Source: Owenia fusiformis
Lineage: Eukaryota
Direction of reading: 5' to 3'
DNA length: 64,000 nt
NCBI GenBank assembly: GCA_903813345.2
Contig: CAIIXF020000001.1
Coordinates: 9,300,001 to 9,364,000 of the forward strand
The notes beneath the pieces are model-generated. The model was not told the DNA's origin. It was given only the letters and a program-made list of their open reading frames with translations, and made no database searches. The translations under genes and the position numbers were made by a program. Shown in pieces: positions 12,913 to 26,573 of the stretch (the first letter of the stretch is position 1; every line of letters starts with the position of its first letter).

Positions 12913-14268
12913 TCGGGTGTTCCAAAAATGAGACATTTTTTGACAAATATTTCCTCCGCAATAAGATTACTCGAATTCATGAGAAATTTCTCTCCAGTAG
13001 CCCAAATAATATCCTTATTTAGTGGTACAAATATGGACGAGATTGGTTACATATTGTGAGTAATTTGACAAGTTCAAAATGCGTGTCAAAAATCCAATAT
13101 CAGAGCTGCGCAATGAGACCGGTACCTTCATAGCGTTTGTGCCAGCTATCAAGTGATGGCATCCCGGGATGGCATCCTGACACTGGCATCAGTTTTTGTC
13201 TCAAAAAAGGTTGTCTCTGGGTCAGGTATATTGATTTGTTTCATTGTTAACTGTATCCAAATTCCGTTCTGTCCAAAGTTTTAGTTTGGAAGGATTAACG
13301 TTAACGATGTCTTTCAGTGAAAGCGATACGGCTACTATTGAAAATTGTTTCGACAAGGTGAAAGGATGGAGTGGAAGATGAATCCCAGAATCGTAAAGGA
13401 ATTAAGGGTAAGAGTTGGAGTCATGTCACTGTAAATAGACTACATCCAACATGCATTAAAGGACGGCATAAGTATGTCATGGGAAACGATATCATTGGGA
13501 GAAACACACAAAAGCATTTTTGATTGGAAAAATTTCTTCTTTCAGACTCCGTTGATATTGGATATTTTTGCATGCTGTTTCTAATTTGACAACACTCCTC
13601 ATATTCATAGCACTAGCTAATGATACCAACCCATGCAGACAGATCGCCTAAAACTACATTCGTATGATGCGAGACTCGACTTTCACCGGGAAATTAGAAA
13701 CATTTTGCCACCCTTAAAGAAACTTATTTTTACTGCTTAATAAATGAGCATTTGTAGATTTCGAGGTTATAAAGTAATACTAGTATCATACTGATGTTCG
13801 ATCAAAAGTTCGAATTACAGTAATGTTGTGTTTCAAAAATTAATTGACATGTTTTTTCTGTTTCGGAAAATTCGGTATGTGATGTATGTTTTTTAGTTCT
13901 TCAAAGAAATCTACAAATGTTTCGTTGCGGTTTTATCTTTACATCGTTTTTTCAATCACCGCCATCACTTTTCAAACGACGTTACCTTGAAATATCAAGA
14001 CATCATGCTATTCTCATACTTATAAATCGCAATTTGGCTGTCATTCATCATTTATTAAGCAGTAAAAATTAATTTGTTCCTTGGGTGACAAATTATTTCA
14101 AGTTTCCTGGTGAATGTCGAGTCTCACATCATACGAATGTAACTTTAGTCGATTTGTCTGCATGGGGTGGATACCCTATACTTCCTCAGTAATTTTTTTT
14201 TAAGAATTTAACTTGTCTATTGCTGAGAAAATACTTGTCAAAAGTGTCTCACTCTTTTGGGACACCGG
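12913..14268. mobile_element. Degenerate Tc1/mariner-like element containing a nested foldback MITE (13622-14174)
   Basis: cgggtgttccaaaaatgagacattttttgacaaatatt pairs with aatacttgtcaaaagtgtctcactcttttgggacaccgg. Internal inverted arms of ~120 bp at 13622-13745 and 14050-14174. Confidence 0.65.
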
Positions 14269-14323
14269 GAGTGTGTTCACTGACGTCCGCACATAACCGA
14301 TTAACTTATGTCAACGTTTGAAA

Positions 14324-16640
14324 ACCCTGACAACGGTAAATTTAGATACCTGTATTACAAATGGCAGCAGGTTCGTATTCGATTCAATTTTCATCATGGG
14401 TCTGTTGAAAGGGAAAGCCCATGATATCCTAAACTAGATTTAATTCCTTTGGTGCAACAATCAATCAAAGTCTTTTCCTACTTATCGTTTATTATGCTCT
14501 ACCATCGAAATGAATCCTTAATTTTACCGATCAAAATATGACACAGGACAACGGATACTGTAAATGACAACGGTAAATGTGGGTCAAATGTGCTTTAAAA
14601 TCGGGATGGGAACGGTAACATTTAATGATTGTAATGTAACGCTAGAAGCATTGGCTCTTTATGGTATGACTCCATTAAACATATAAAATACATTTATAAA
14701 CTATGGCTGTAATAGTTATGATTATGGTCCCCCAGGGGTTATGGTCTCCCCTTCTAAAGGCCCTTCAGGAAAGAGGTCACCATATAAATCAATGGAGAGT
14801 AGGACCATAAATTGATAGGACCTCCTACCCTTTTACACCTGTTCCAAACTGCACTGGAGTACTCTAGTTTCGGTCTTTAGTACGAACGAAAAAATTCAAA
14901 AAGGCCTTAGTCAAGCTTTAATGTCCTGTTTAAGAGTTCTTTCTTTTGAACATGGATTCAAGCAATACTATCCTACATGATGTACTTAACTTGTTGAGAT
15001 TCGATCAACTTAAGTTTTCCGAGAAAATGAGAATTTTTTATCTTTTCCCATAGTGACATACATACATAGTGTAATAATAATATACAGGGTGGGCCAAAAA
15101 AAATTGCAACCTTTTTAAAAGGCAAAAAAAGTATCATAACATTATGGTATTGACATGAAATTTTTTACAGAAACTTAAGGATAGGCATATTTTACCATTT
15201 AAATACTTCAGCTAATACTGACTTCAAGTTTTTTGTCAGATGTTTGAATATTAATTGTAAATTGTTCACTTGTCCGTCCGGGATATACCATTTTTCCTTG
15301 AAAATCATTGCGTAAGTCAATTGCGGAAAGTTAAACGTAGATCTCCAATTTCCGCATATGTTTATTAATACGACAGAGAGATGTTTTATGTCCAGCGTAC
15401 AATTGAGTTACGTGGACGTAAATGGAAATATTTACGTTGGCTTTATGAATAATGCTTCTGTATTGCCCGGCTGTAAAGAATATCTGGGAGCCCCGCTCCC
15501 GTTTCTTCTTCCTGTTTCTCCCGTTTGTGTTTCAGGGCACTACTAACACCCACGTCACATTTCCTACGGCCGCCATGCGGTCTATCATTTCTGCAGTCAG
15601 CAGCTTTTCTATGCTCGTCGTAGAATTACTGCGCTCTCATACTTTTGCAGTCACATTTCCCACGGCAGCCGCACGGCGAATTTTAAATTTCTGTTGATAA
15701 ATAATACTTATTTTCATTTTATTCACATCAGGACAATTTATAAAAGTTATTCATAGTGCTAGGATGTAATATCAAATGAAAAGTGTTCGTGAAACATTGA
15801 CAAATAATGATTTAATCTTGTTGAGCCAGTTGATTTCTACAGGCACCGCAGAAATGAACAAATATTATAACTCCGAGTTATAATTTCTACGGCGACTCTG
15901 CGGCCTGTAAAAACTGGCCATGGATACGCCGTACGGAGACTGCAAGGCGAGCGTAGTTTTCCTACGCTCGCCGTAGAAATACACTGATTTAATTGATCTG
16001 CGGTCGACGTACGGCCGCCGTAAGACAAATGTGACTGGGGTGTAGAGAATCATAATTTTTTTCATTGTTGTTATTTGCACTCACCTCATCATACGTCTAG
16101 TTCCCATTGTCATTTCTCAATTTCAATTCAATTCTAATTGACGATATGGAAGGCGGTATAGTGGCTATAGTGGGAGATGTGGTCTTTAACTTTAACGGAT
16201 TTCAATACACATCCCCTTTTCAGGAATCGTTAATACAGTGTAGAAGAATATTTTGATATGTTTAAATCGAGAAAAACAAGATCCTCTTTTTAGAAAATGA
16301 GCCTAACATTTTTAAAAAGTGCGAAGGTGGGGGTCCTAATTTTTCAGAGAGTTTGAATGATATTTTACTATCATGGGGACTTCACTTGAAAGAAAACATA
16401 TTGTTTTAATAAAAACCACTGTATTGATGGCCAGAAAGTGCACATGGTGAAAAATATGACCGTCTAAAATCACTTGCCATACGACAAATGGACCTTTGGA
16501 TTTTCATATAATATACCATCACAAGTTCACAGAATTAGCGACGATAAGGTCCCGTGAAATGAAAAAGTGATTAAAGAGTAGATGTGATGGTTAAGTCAGT
16601 CATCTGTGACAACGGTAGCTGACTTTACCGTTGTCAGGGT
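14324..16640. mobile_element. Nested TIR element (17-bp TIR ACCCTGACAACGGTAAA)
   Basis: accctgacaacggtaaa at 14324-14340 and tttaccgttgtcagggt at 16624-16640. Confidence 0.55.
15546..16043. mobile_element. CpG-rich MITE (GTCACATT family), related to 56574-56917
   Basis: acacccacgtcacatttcctacggccgcc ... cggccgccgtaagacaaatgtgactggggtgt. Confidence 0.65.
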
Positions 16641-19462
16641 GTTCCGGTGTAGGTAGCAAGACAGTTTACCGGAGACCATGGGCTTTCAACTAGCCCATGC
16701 GGAGACAAATATACATGATTTCAGAATAAAGTGAATGTAGATAGTTTGTCGATATGCAACTCAAGAAAGGAAATAATGCAATAAATAATTGATGGTGAAC
16801 TGACTTTTGGTAAAACAATAATATTTCTCACCTTGCTTCGTTCGTTAAAAAGACAAGCCAAAGAGGCGAGAAACGTTAATGTTTTAAATTATAATTATTC
16901 AATACACCATGAAGAGAAAACATGTTTATTTTTGATTTACACAATTTTAATTTTAACTCAATCAACCATCATGAGAAATAATATGAAGAGAAAACCATGT
17001 GAACGATGATGCGCTAACGAACTTCAGTTTCTCTATTTTTCAATGCATAGAAATGGCCATTTACCAAGGTACATAAGTATGTTTTGGAGGGCATGAAACC
17101 GCAATTTCTTCAGCTTTCTGTCAAGTGCTCGCGTTGCATAAGCCAACGCAAATTGTGACATAATCTATGAGATAATTAAAACCCCACAAATATTGCTCTA
17201 CGACAACCTTGCGACACCCCCTTGGGGTGTCGTGGGTTTCACACGATAGCTATTGTCTTTCTACGACAGGTGTACGACATGGTAGTTTGTCGTAGGTTTA
17301 CGACAAATTTCTGGAAACGGAAATCTTTTACTTGTCGTGAAAACACAATTGAAGTTACGATATCGTAAGTCTACGACATTTTTGGAAACGACCCCCAGAA
17401 TAGTTGGTTTGCCTTGAAAATAAGAATCGTTTCCGTTTGCAATTATTATTTTATTTATTAGTATCACCGTATTCTTATTCTCTTCATGACGCATCGAAAA
17501 TATGATATGCGTTGGTCTCAGTTATAAATTTTCAGTTAGTTACCTGCTGTCAACTTGTCCAGTATGTATTAAATATTATCACATGAAGTAGATCTTCAAC
17601 ACTTTCAACAACGAAGATAAACAGCACTTGTGAATAACATGGTACACTTCAGATCGCATGTGCACAAGCTGTTGATGTGGTGGCTTGATCCTGAGATAAA
17701 TATTTCACTGATTCCTCTAAATGTAATTTTGAATCATCTAGGCCTGTTAAAGACGCAGTTAAACGTAAAACACATTTATTTTCAGTTATAATATGTTTGA
17801 ACGGCCATCAACAGTGAAACAAAAAATGAGATGTCTCGGGGAGTGTTGCTCCCTCGACGACACATCGTCTTTACTCTCTTGTCGGAACTTGCACAATATG
17901 ATCTTGTTGCTTCCAACACTTTTCACTCTCTATCCCTTCTACTTCCTTTATGTTGCGTCTTGGATGAAGACGTGAAGTCTTTTCATAAATCACATTATAA
18001 AGCATATGGGCAACGGTAGTGGGGGCGTTTCTGACCAAAACATTTAAATCTTTTCCAGTTACTAATACTAACTTGGCATTGGGGAAGCCTTCTACTCAAT
18101 CCACAACTCAGTATTCCTCCGAGCTAGCGGTCGACGGAAATACAACCGGAGATGCAGGGCTTGGCCTCTGTGCTCAAACAGGTAACGATCTCTTTTAGAA
18201 TGTAGATATCCCTCATTGTGTTTCTCGATCATGATCTTACACTTAATTGAGCCTACATTGGAAAGTATCATTTTGTAACTAAGAGTCACCTACAGACTCA
18301 CCACACATGGATAACACTTTTTTGTGGTGGAGCTGCCGGTTCATCTTTTATAAATAAAATTCTGTATTGCAGAGCCCGAAGAGCGACCTCATTGGTTTGT
18401 TGATCTAGGTCCAAAGAAATATCTAGTCTCTACAGTTGTGATACATTCACGCACAGATTGTTGCCGTAAGTCAGTAGCTACAAATATTCTTGAAATGTAT
18501 AATGTACTTCAGCTAAACAAGAGGGTCGTTAGTAAGTAGAATTAGCATGCATGAAGGTTTTTACTGTCGAATTAGCAAAATTGAGACGTTTTGGCAGCAA
18601 AGCCATATTTTAAGGAATAGAACACGTTGTTCTGGGCCTGTCAGTTGGTGTTAGGGTAGTCAAAATATTGGTTAAAATGGTGGAGCTGCCGGTTAGTTTG
18701 AATTTGTAAAACTTTTGAATGCCAGACATCATTAAGTCCAGCCTATAGTTTTATTTAATAATTACAGAGTATGACCTGAAAAACTTTGAAATCAGATTAT
18801 GGTCCAACACTCCTAACTTCAACAAAAAGAGCAACAGTATTATTTGCAAGCATTACATGGGAGCTGCCACGAGAACAACCCTGCATGTTAGCTGTGATCG
18901 ACAAGTATACGGGAGGTACGGAGACATCAGGTGAATATAGTCCAGTTTCTAAACATCAGCTTTTTGGCCTTTGGTTCAGGGTGCGGCATAAAAGTATCTT
19001 TCAGGTTTGAAATGTAGCTTAGTACCTGTAGTGGTGTAGCAATGGTAATGGGTCCAGTCGAATACATTCTAGTTACTAACATTTAGTATTGCTTTAAGTT
19101 TTTTCTCTCACTTATTTCCGTGACTGTTTCAGAGGTGAAAAACATTTGAGTGGACCCCGTAGGTGACACACGACATGATAAAACTTAAAACCAAGATCTG
19201 TTTGATTTGTTTGTGATTTGAAAAATCGAACACACTATTTAAATGTAGCGGTCATTCTATAGTTGAATGGTTTTTAGATTGATGGTTATTTTTACATATA
19301 AAAAAACAGAATATAAGCCACGTGAAAATAAAGAACAGAATTGTGGAGGGAAAATGCATACTTTCAGAATGGCAATTTAGAAACTGGATGGAAATTAGCC
19401 AGATGTCAAAATGACTGTTACATATTTTAATGTTCAAAAACAATACTCTTATAATAGTCGCT

Positions 19463-19540
19463 ATTGGCGAGTGTCTATAATTGTTGTTTTGGCGAGTGTC
19501 TCTAATTGTTGTTTTGGCGAGTGCCTCTAATTGTTTTGTT
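19463..19540 (+). repeat. 25-bp tandem repeat, 3 copies
   Basis: ttggcgagtgtctataattgttgtt / ttggcgagtgtctctaattgttgtt / ttggcgagtgcctctaattgttttg. Confidence 0.85.
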
Positions 19541-20340
19541 ATTGTCTTTTTGCTTATTACACATATACTGTTCTCAATCAATCTTTCTTATTGTTTAGTC
19601 GTTTGTTTGCAGGTTTGTGAGCATCGAGTTACTACAAGAAGAAAATGACATTGTTAGCAAACAAAATCTTACACTTTGTGAAGTCGGTGTGTATCGATAA
19701 AGCTGACATCTATCTGAGTCAAGAAAACTCGAGGAAATTATGATCCTCGGGACTACAGTGGACTATAGCCCCCCTTTCATATCCCTTTGGTCCTGGAAAC
19801 ATGTAGCTGTTACCCAATCATCTGCCTATAAAGAGTGAGACAGATTTTCCGAGGGGCATCAGTCTTTAGGACAAAATATTGTGCAAATGTCTTGTTGCAA
19901 AACTTGAACAGTTTGCAGAAATGAGAGGATCAGCTGTAGAGGAGTTCTTCGAATTAAAATGTGTGCACTGATACAGTATGTGCTGGTGTTAAATAATCAA
20001 GTTCGGGATACCATTTTAGATTGCTTGTGTTAATGACAAAGTAGATCCCTGGACGAAACCATAAATGGAAGGAATATTAAATAATTGTATTGTGAAGAAT
20101 GAATTCATTGTTGATAGTGTTGGATCGATGAATTCAACCGTGGATGTCTATCACAGAGGATAAAGATAGAGGTCCATGATTCACATCTCACATGTGATGT
20201 CTCTTGGCAACATATGATTGTTATTTGAACGTTTGTTCTATTTTATGTGTTTTATAATAAAATGCAATTTGATACAAGATACATTTTGGAAGGTTCTTGG
20301 TATTCAAATGCTCTATACCATATCAAAGAAAGATCTGCAA

Positions 20341-21065
20341 AGGATTGGTATCGATATGGTGAACTGAATTCAACATTGTTTTTCTCTCAAACCAATTATT
20401 GAAAACATTCTGTAAAAAACAAGGTCCTTTATGTAATGGTCACTAATTGACAACACTTTCGATGCGAAAATTATTCACATATATTTTATTTTATTGTTTT
20501 GTGAAAAATTTTTGTTTTTTAGTGTAATTGTTATTTGTTCCTTTCTACCAATTCTTGAGAATGAAAAAGAAGACCTTCCCGAACCTTGTTGGAACAAGAT
20601 AGCAAAAATTCAACATTTTCATAGATCTCTCAGTATTGTAGTTATACAAAGAAAAGTTTGGTTCATTTAACAAAAAGTATTCAAAAAATTAAAACAAAAC
20701 CCCCCAAATAGATAAAAATTAAAGTAAACCTTTTATTTCATTAACAAGATACTTTTTTAAATGAACCAAACTTTCTTTTGTAAAGTTACAATATAAGAGA
20801 CCTAAACACATTGTGTATGTCATTTTGTTCCAAAGAGGTCCAGATGGATGTTTCATTTAATTCCGAGCATAAGATACCGAGAACAAAAGAAGTGTCTGGT
20901 GTGTTTTCTAAAACAATATAGAGAAAAGTATTTTTTTCAAATAAAATTGTTACCATTCAAAAGATGATCATTAAATTGACGATGTGTAAAATTTTCAGAA
21001 TTTTTTGATGACTGGTTAAGAGAAACACGTGTTCAATTCAGTTCGCCATATCGATACCAATCCTT
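20341..21065. mobile_element. MITE with long TIR (AGGATTGGTATCGATATGG...)
   Basis: aggattggtatcgatatggtgaactgaatt pairs with aattcagttcgccatatcgataccaatcct. Internal inverted arms at ~20590-20830. Confidence 0.75.
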
Positions 21066-21724
21066 TACATATTGATTAACGAGGTAGTGAAGTGATAGGT
21101 AGTTTCAGACTCAGCGAGCAAAAACAAAATCCTTACCAAAAACTTTCAGTTTAGAATATTTTGGCCCATATCATTCCTTGTCATATCTATTTTTTCAACA
21201 CCCTTAAGTGCATTATTTGAGGACAACTGCAGATTTTTAGAATATTGCATTCATTGTTCTAAAGAGGTGGATACCATACGCATTATTTGGGAAAATTTAA
21301 ACACTTTTCCAAATTTTGGCTCAATGAGTTTTAAAATAAATTAACCAGTTAATAACATACCGTGCAACTTTTGAGAAACATTATATTTGAGGTCGTAATG
21401 AATATACATAGGAAATGTTGATCGGAATTTTGTCATTCCCTAAAGATCCTTTTCTGCCTTCAATCTTTCAAAAAAAAATTGATCGACTTCATGATAAATC
21501 GGACAGGATTTTCAAGGATATTCCCATTCATTGTAATCATACGCTTCCTTATCGTGACAATCATATCTGATAAAAGCGGATATGCCCAATATAGTTATCA
21601 GGATGACGATGATATAAGATGTGTGTGTTTGAGGCTTGGTTTCACAACAACGAATGAACCAAGAGTACGAGCACACCACAAAAGTAACCCAATATTAAAG
21701 TGTCCACGTATCATCTGAGGAATC

Positions 21725-24700
21725 ATGTGGATGGTCCAGAGATTTATCCTTGTTGTTATTTCAGCAATTTGCATTCAGGGAAATGTAGTAAAAAGTAAGT
21801 ATTTATACAACCAAAATAAAACAATTATTTCTATTACTGAACATGCTGAACAATATGGGATGAAATTCAACAAGGTTCTGAAATCTCCGTCACCTTTTCA
21901 ATGATGATGATGTCCGTGACGCAAATGATTTGATCGGTTGATGAAGGAAACATACTAGACCTTGTGCTTTCTTCTTTTTTCGGACTCTTTACACAGAAAA
22001 TATGAAGCTGAAAGGGTAGACTAGGCTTTAGGCTATAAATCCACATAAACTAAATCTGAAATATTGCTAGCTCCTAAAATTTCAAATTAAAATGGCTACT
22101 TGATCTACAGGAAACAAAGGTGATGACGAGGTGTGTTATGACAAATTGGGCTGCTTCAGCAACGGAGGTCCTTTCTGGGATCGTGCCATTGCCTTCACTC
22201 CCGAATCCCCCGAGGTCATAGGAACAAAGTTTTACCTGTTCACCAGAACCAACAGAAACAAAGCTCATATTCTTGTCACTGATGATAAGAATACTTTATC
22301 CAGTGTGTATGACCCCAAGAAAGAAACGAAGATAATTGTTCATGGGTTCATCAACAGCGCTGAAACGCCTTGGAAAGAGGTAAAGCTGAACGCAATTGAT
22401 GCTATCAAAGAACTTTATAAGAGTGATGGTATTCTTGTTTGATACCATTGTGAGCTGGATGTGGTGTATATGGGGATCAAGCTAAGAGACTTGATGCAAG
22501 AGTAGACTAGAGTGAACTGCAAAAGTAGGGCAATATATAAAATACGATATTAGCCTTTAGTACAGTTGACCATCTTCCCCATGCTGCAAAACAGTGTCAC
22601 GATTATCAGAGTTTCTCTTTATTTAAAGGTTGTATTCCAAAGGATAGTAGAGATTGGACCCCACAATGCATCTTCCCTGTTCTAATTATTTTTCCTCGGA
22701 ATCTGGACAATGTCGATCTTGATTCTCTTAATGCCGGTTATGTTTTAGGAGATGACAAACGCCCTTTTGGACTATGGTGACTTCAATGTGATAGTTGTGG
22801 ATTGGAGAGTTGGTGCATTACCATTGTATTCCCAAGCTTCTGCCAACACACGAGTAGTCGGGGCACAGATCGCCAGACTCATTACTAACTTAGAGGTACA
22901 TGATTCTCATTTCCATGGGGCTGGCAAAGAGTTCTTCGAATGCATTCTCATTCAATTTGTAACATCCTGCTTGCATATATTGATATTAAATTGTATATCG
23001 CAGGACACATCATTAATTTTCCTTTAGGGGTCCTTAATCGAGGAGCCTGACTAACAGTTAGTTACTATTCTGATGATAAGCTATGAGTTTGTTAGTTCGT
23101 AGTTACATAAACCATGGACCTCTGCATAGCATTAAATCCTATTTTCCAAATACTTTTCACTTTAAGGATGTGTACCGATGAATTCATGACATCTATTTCA
23201 GAGCGCTACCGGTGTGAAGCCTGAGACGTTCCACATCATTGGTCACAGTCTAGGTGCCCATATTGGAGGCTATGCTGGAGAGAGAATCAACAGACTGGGA
23301 AGAATCACTGGTAAGTGTAACCCGGGAGACTGTGTAACATGCTGTATGTTTAGGACGCCTAGATGGTACTACATACTTGAGTAAAAACGGTGCAACTCAT
23401 GCAGGATCTCGCTGATTAACTTGGATCTTCATGTTTAAATGTAGTGATTCCCTATGGTGGATTTATTCGCGCAGTTCCAGTGTCTCAACGCATCTGCTGA
23501 AATACTGAAATGACCAACGTCCCCATGATTTTTCCAAGTGGGATGAGTCGGAATCTAAAAAACAGTCTCTGTCATCATAGGTTGCGCTTGAAACCTAGCT
23601 TCTCCAACTCTCGCCAAGGCAAATCGTTCTTCTTTTCTCAGAGTCTCCTCCTTAGCATCCTTAAAGAAATCCCCGGGATTAGCTAAAAAAATGGGTTACA
23701 TTCGCCCATTAAATGTATGCGCATGTATTTTCAGGTATGGACCCAGCTGGTCCTTACTTCGAGGGAAGAGAGATTGTGGTTAGGCTGGATCCAACAGATG
23801 CACTGTTTGTTGATGCTATCCATACTGACGGGAAGTCTCTATTAAATACTGTAAATCTGAATGGAGGTAAGAATGTTTTGATAGAAGCTCTCTTAATTCA
23901 CGCTATTTAATCAGAACACACCAACCGTGTTCTGTGTTGAAACTCCGTCGTATATTTTCAAGGGTTTGAAATGTCTAATTTTGGTAAAAATTTCTTGGTT
24001 AAACCCGGCTCGAGAAGATCAATTGCTCCGCGCTTTCCCAAAAATATTTCCAAAATAAAACAAAACGATACATTTAGAAATAAGGTTTAACCGGTTATTT
24101 ACAATATTTCAGATATTAGAAGCCATTTTGTTAGAATTTAGAAAAGGAAAACAATCTCGCACTATAGAGGTCTATGCCGTTTTCAATAGGGAGTTTAAGC
24201 TTGCATATAAAATTGAAATGCCAACCTATACGTATGATCCATCGCCCATACAAATGCATTGCTTAAATATTTTCCGTTCACGTTTAGCATAAACTCCCTA
24301 ATACGTTCATGTTGATAAGTTTGTAATGATAGATCTTAATAAATGGTCATGGTCTGGCGCTTTATCGAAATCAGACGTTCGATCGCAATATATCAACAAT
24401 TAGATAAATCCGAACAGAGATAGAATAAATGACAATGAAATGTCAAAGTTTGACTATAAACTAACAATATTGTAATAACTATCATTTGTGTATTTAGGCT
24501 ATGGTATTAAAATGCCTGTGGGCCATGTCGACTTCTACCCAAATGGTGGCCAAAACCAACCATCTTGCAAGAACAACATCATTGGTGAAGTCATTGATAA
24601 AGGCTTGGTTGATGGTGAGCAAGTTCGTTATTTAAGTCCCCGGATTCAAGTCCCAGTTCCATATTATAAAATCCCAAAAGATTCATTTCATCATTAAAAT

Positions 24701-26573
24701 GGTGACTGTATTGAAAATTCAGATAAAGCCGTAAAATCGTAACAACATGATCGTATTCACTGTCCTAATTGGTTACTGAATCTAAAAATAATAGATGTGG
24801 CCATACTCACGTTTCTTTCACTCCTGTTCTAGAAAAGAGCATGGGTGAATGGAATAAAAGGATAGAGAAAATACACATCTTTTCCTCTGATTCTAGGATT
24901 GTGGGGCTTGTTTCCTTATAACCGATTGTATTCCTTTTACGATTATTTAAAGACTTTTAGGACTTCCCCTTTTGATATTTGTGGTTATAATCCACATTTT
25001 ATTGATGGCATACAATCTAACTGTGGCATGTACAACCTACAAATATTATTTTAGGTGTTCAGCATATAGCATGTGATCATAGAAGTGCATATTTCTACTT
25101 CATCGACTCCATCAAAAATAGGACTCCATTCACTGGCTATGCGTGCAATTCATATGAGAAGTTTGAGGTATGACCATGCATAAAACATCAGATGCAAACA
25201 TTACAAGTACGGAATACTAGTAGGCTTACATTACGACTGGTCTCATAAAAAGAAAGGTGTAACTTGGAAGATTCATTCAGATATCACATGCCATTTTATA
25301 GCCATTTGTGAATTTTTTTACCCTAGGATGGTGGGTGTTTTGAAAATGTTGAGACATCAGAAATGGGATTCTTTGCCAAACCTCTAAGCAAGGTGAACAC
25401 AAAACTCTACTTGGACACAGCCTCCAAGAAGCCATTTGCAAGTAAGTTGGACATCAATTAACACTGGTAGGCATTAGCAACCTTTAATATACAGTAGCAT
25501 TTACTCCTGACTTTGATCTGTTCAATTGGAGAATATGATTTCAAACTGGCGCTCGTGGCCAGTGTCTTGGCCATTTAATCTCACTCAAGTGTAGCCATTT
25601 AAAATCTAAAATAAAAAAGATCAATTTAACACATTCATTCAAGATCAGATATTTCTTGACACATGTCATCAGACACTTCTTGACACTTGACTTTCAGAGT
25701 ACCACTATAAGATCTCTGTGAGTCTGGGCTCTATGTCAAGGTCGGAAAGGGGCAAGATGTTTGTTAGAGTATTTGGGACAAAGGACAGGATTGATGCTAA
25801 AAAAATAACTGAGTAAGTAAAATCTCTGGGAATTTTTGATCCTATAAGTTACACTTTCAATCTTCAATCTCTATACATGTATTTATCGTTTAAGCCTGAT
25901 CAAAAGTACATGTAAAAAGAGTTAGGGATACTTTATACATGTATAATGTAAATCACTTCCTTTTCAGTGACATTGAAATGGAATCTGGAAAGACCTACAC
26001 ACTCCTGTTCACAAGTAGATTGGACATTGGTGAAGTGACGAGAATTCAATATTACTGGGAGCACAATTCTAGCTGGCTTAGACCAGACCAGTGGAACTTA
26101 TGGAGGGATCCTGTAATAGTGGTCAACAATGTGCAAGTATTTACAGCAAACAAAACCAGGTACATTTATATACACAATTTAATTAATATTAATTTAAGTA
26201 CAGTATCACTATTTAGTATCAAAGAAATTCCACATTTGTCCAAAATTGAGCGTAATTAATGAACAAGTTGCTGACTTATTATATTGCTCAACAGATATAT
26301 ATCATAAATGAACTTCATTTTAATGAAAAAGTCATGAAATATAGTAAATGATTGATAAAAAACATATTTTCAAAAACTTAAAAATGGGGCCTTTAAGAAA
26401 ACAGGCACCCAAATTGCATATGAACTGATCATTGCTAAAACAAGCCAAATATGGAGATTTTGTGTTTCAGGAACTTGTTTTGTTCAGCACAAAAGATGGC
26501 CAACAATAAATTCTATGACAAGAATGTATCAAAGAGGTCTACTTGCACTGGTAATGCAAATGTTGTGGGGTAG
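21725..26573 (+). CDS. Pancreatic triacylglycerol lipase-like protein (lipase + PLAT domains), 11 exons, ~493 aa
   Basis: Exons 21725-21794, 22111-22379, 22749-22895, 23202-23310, 23735-23866, 24498-24614, 25055-25167, 25327-25441, 25698-25812, 25968-26159, 26471-26573. All GT-AG, phases consistent, 1482 nt. Signal peptide, [27 protein letters not shown] (Ser), GMDPAGP (Asp), DFYPNGG, ACDH (His). Confidence 0.93.
24187..24300. mobile_element. Small MITE in a lipase intron
   Basis: Inverted ends tagggagtttaagc ... gcataaactcccta. Confidence 0.5.

Larger units (their letters stand above)
10553..17395. mobile_element. Non-autonomous PIF/Harbinger-type DNA transposon (~6.8 kb) with nested insertions
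   Basis: Perfect ~46-bp TIR GGGGTCGTTTCCAAAAATGTCGTAGACTTACGATATCGTAACTTCA at both ends. CAG TSD at 10550-52 and 17396-98. Subterminal TTACGAC/GTCGTA repeats. No transposase ORF seen. Confidence 0.88.

Noticed and set aside
21997-22015. Possible micro-exon in lipase intron 1
   Set aside because: Its 19-nt length would shift the frame relative to exon 22111.
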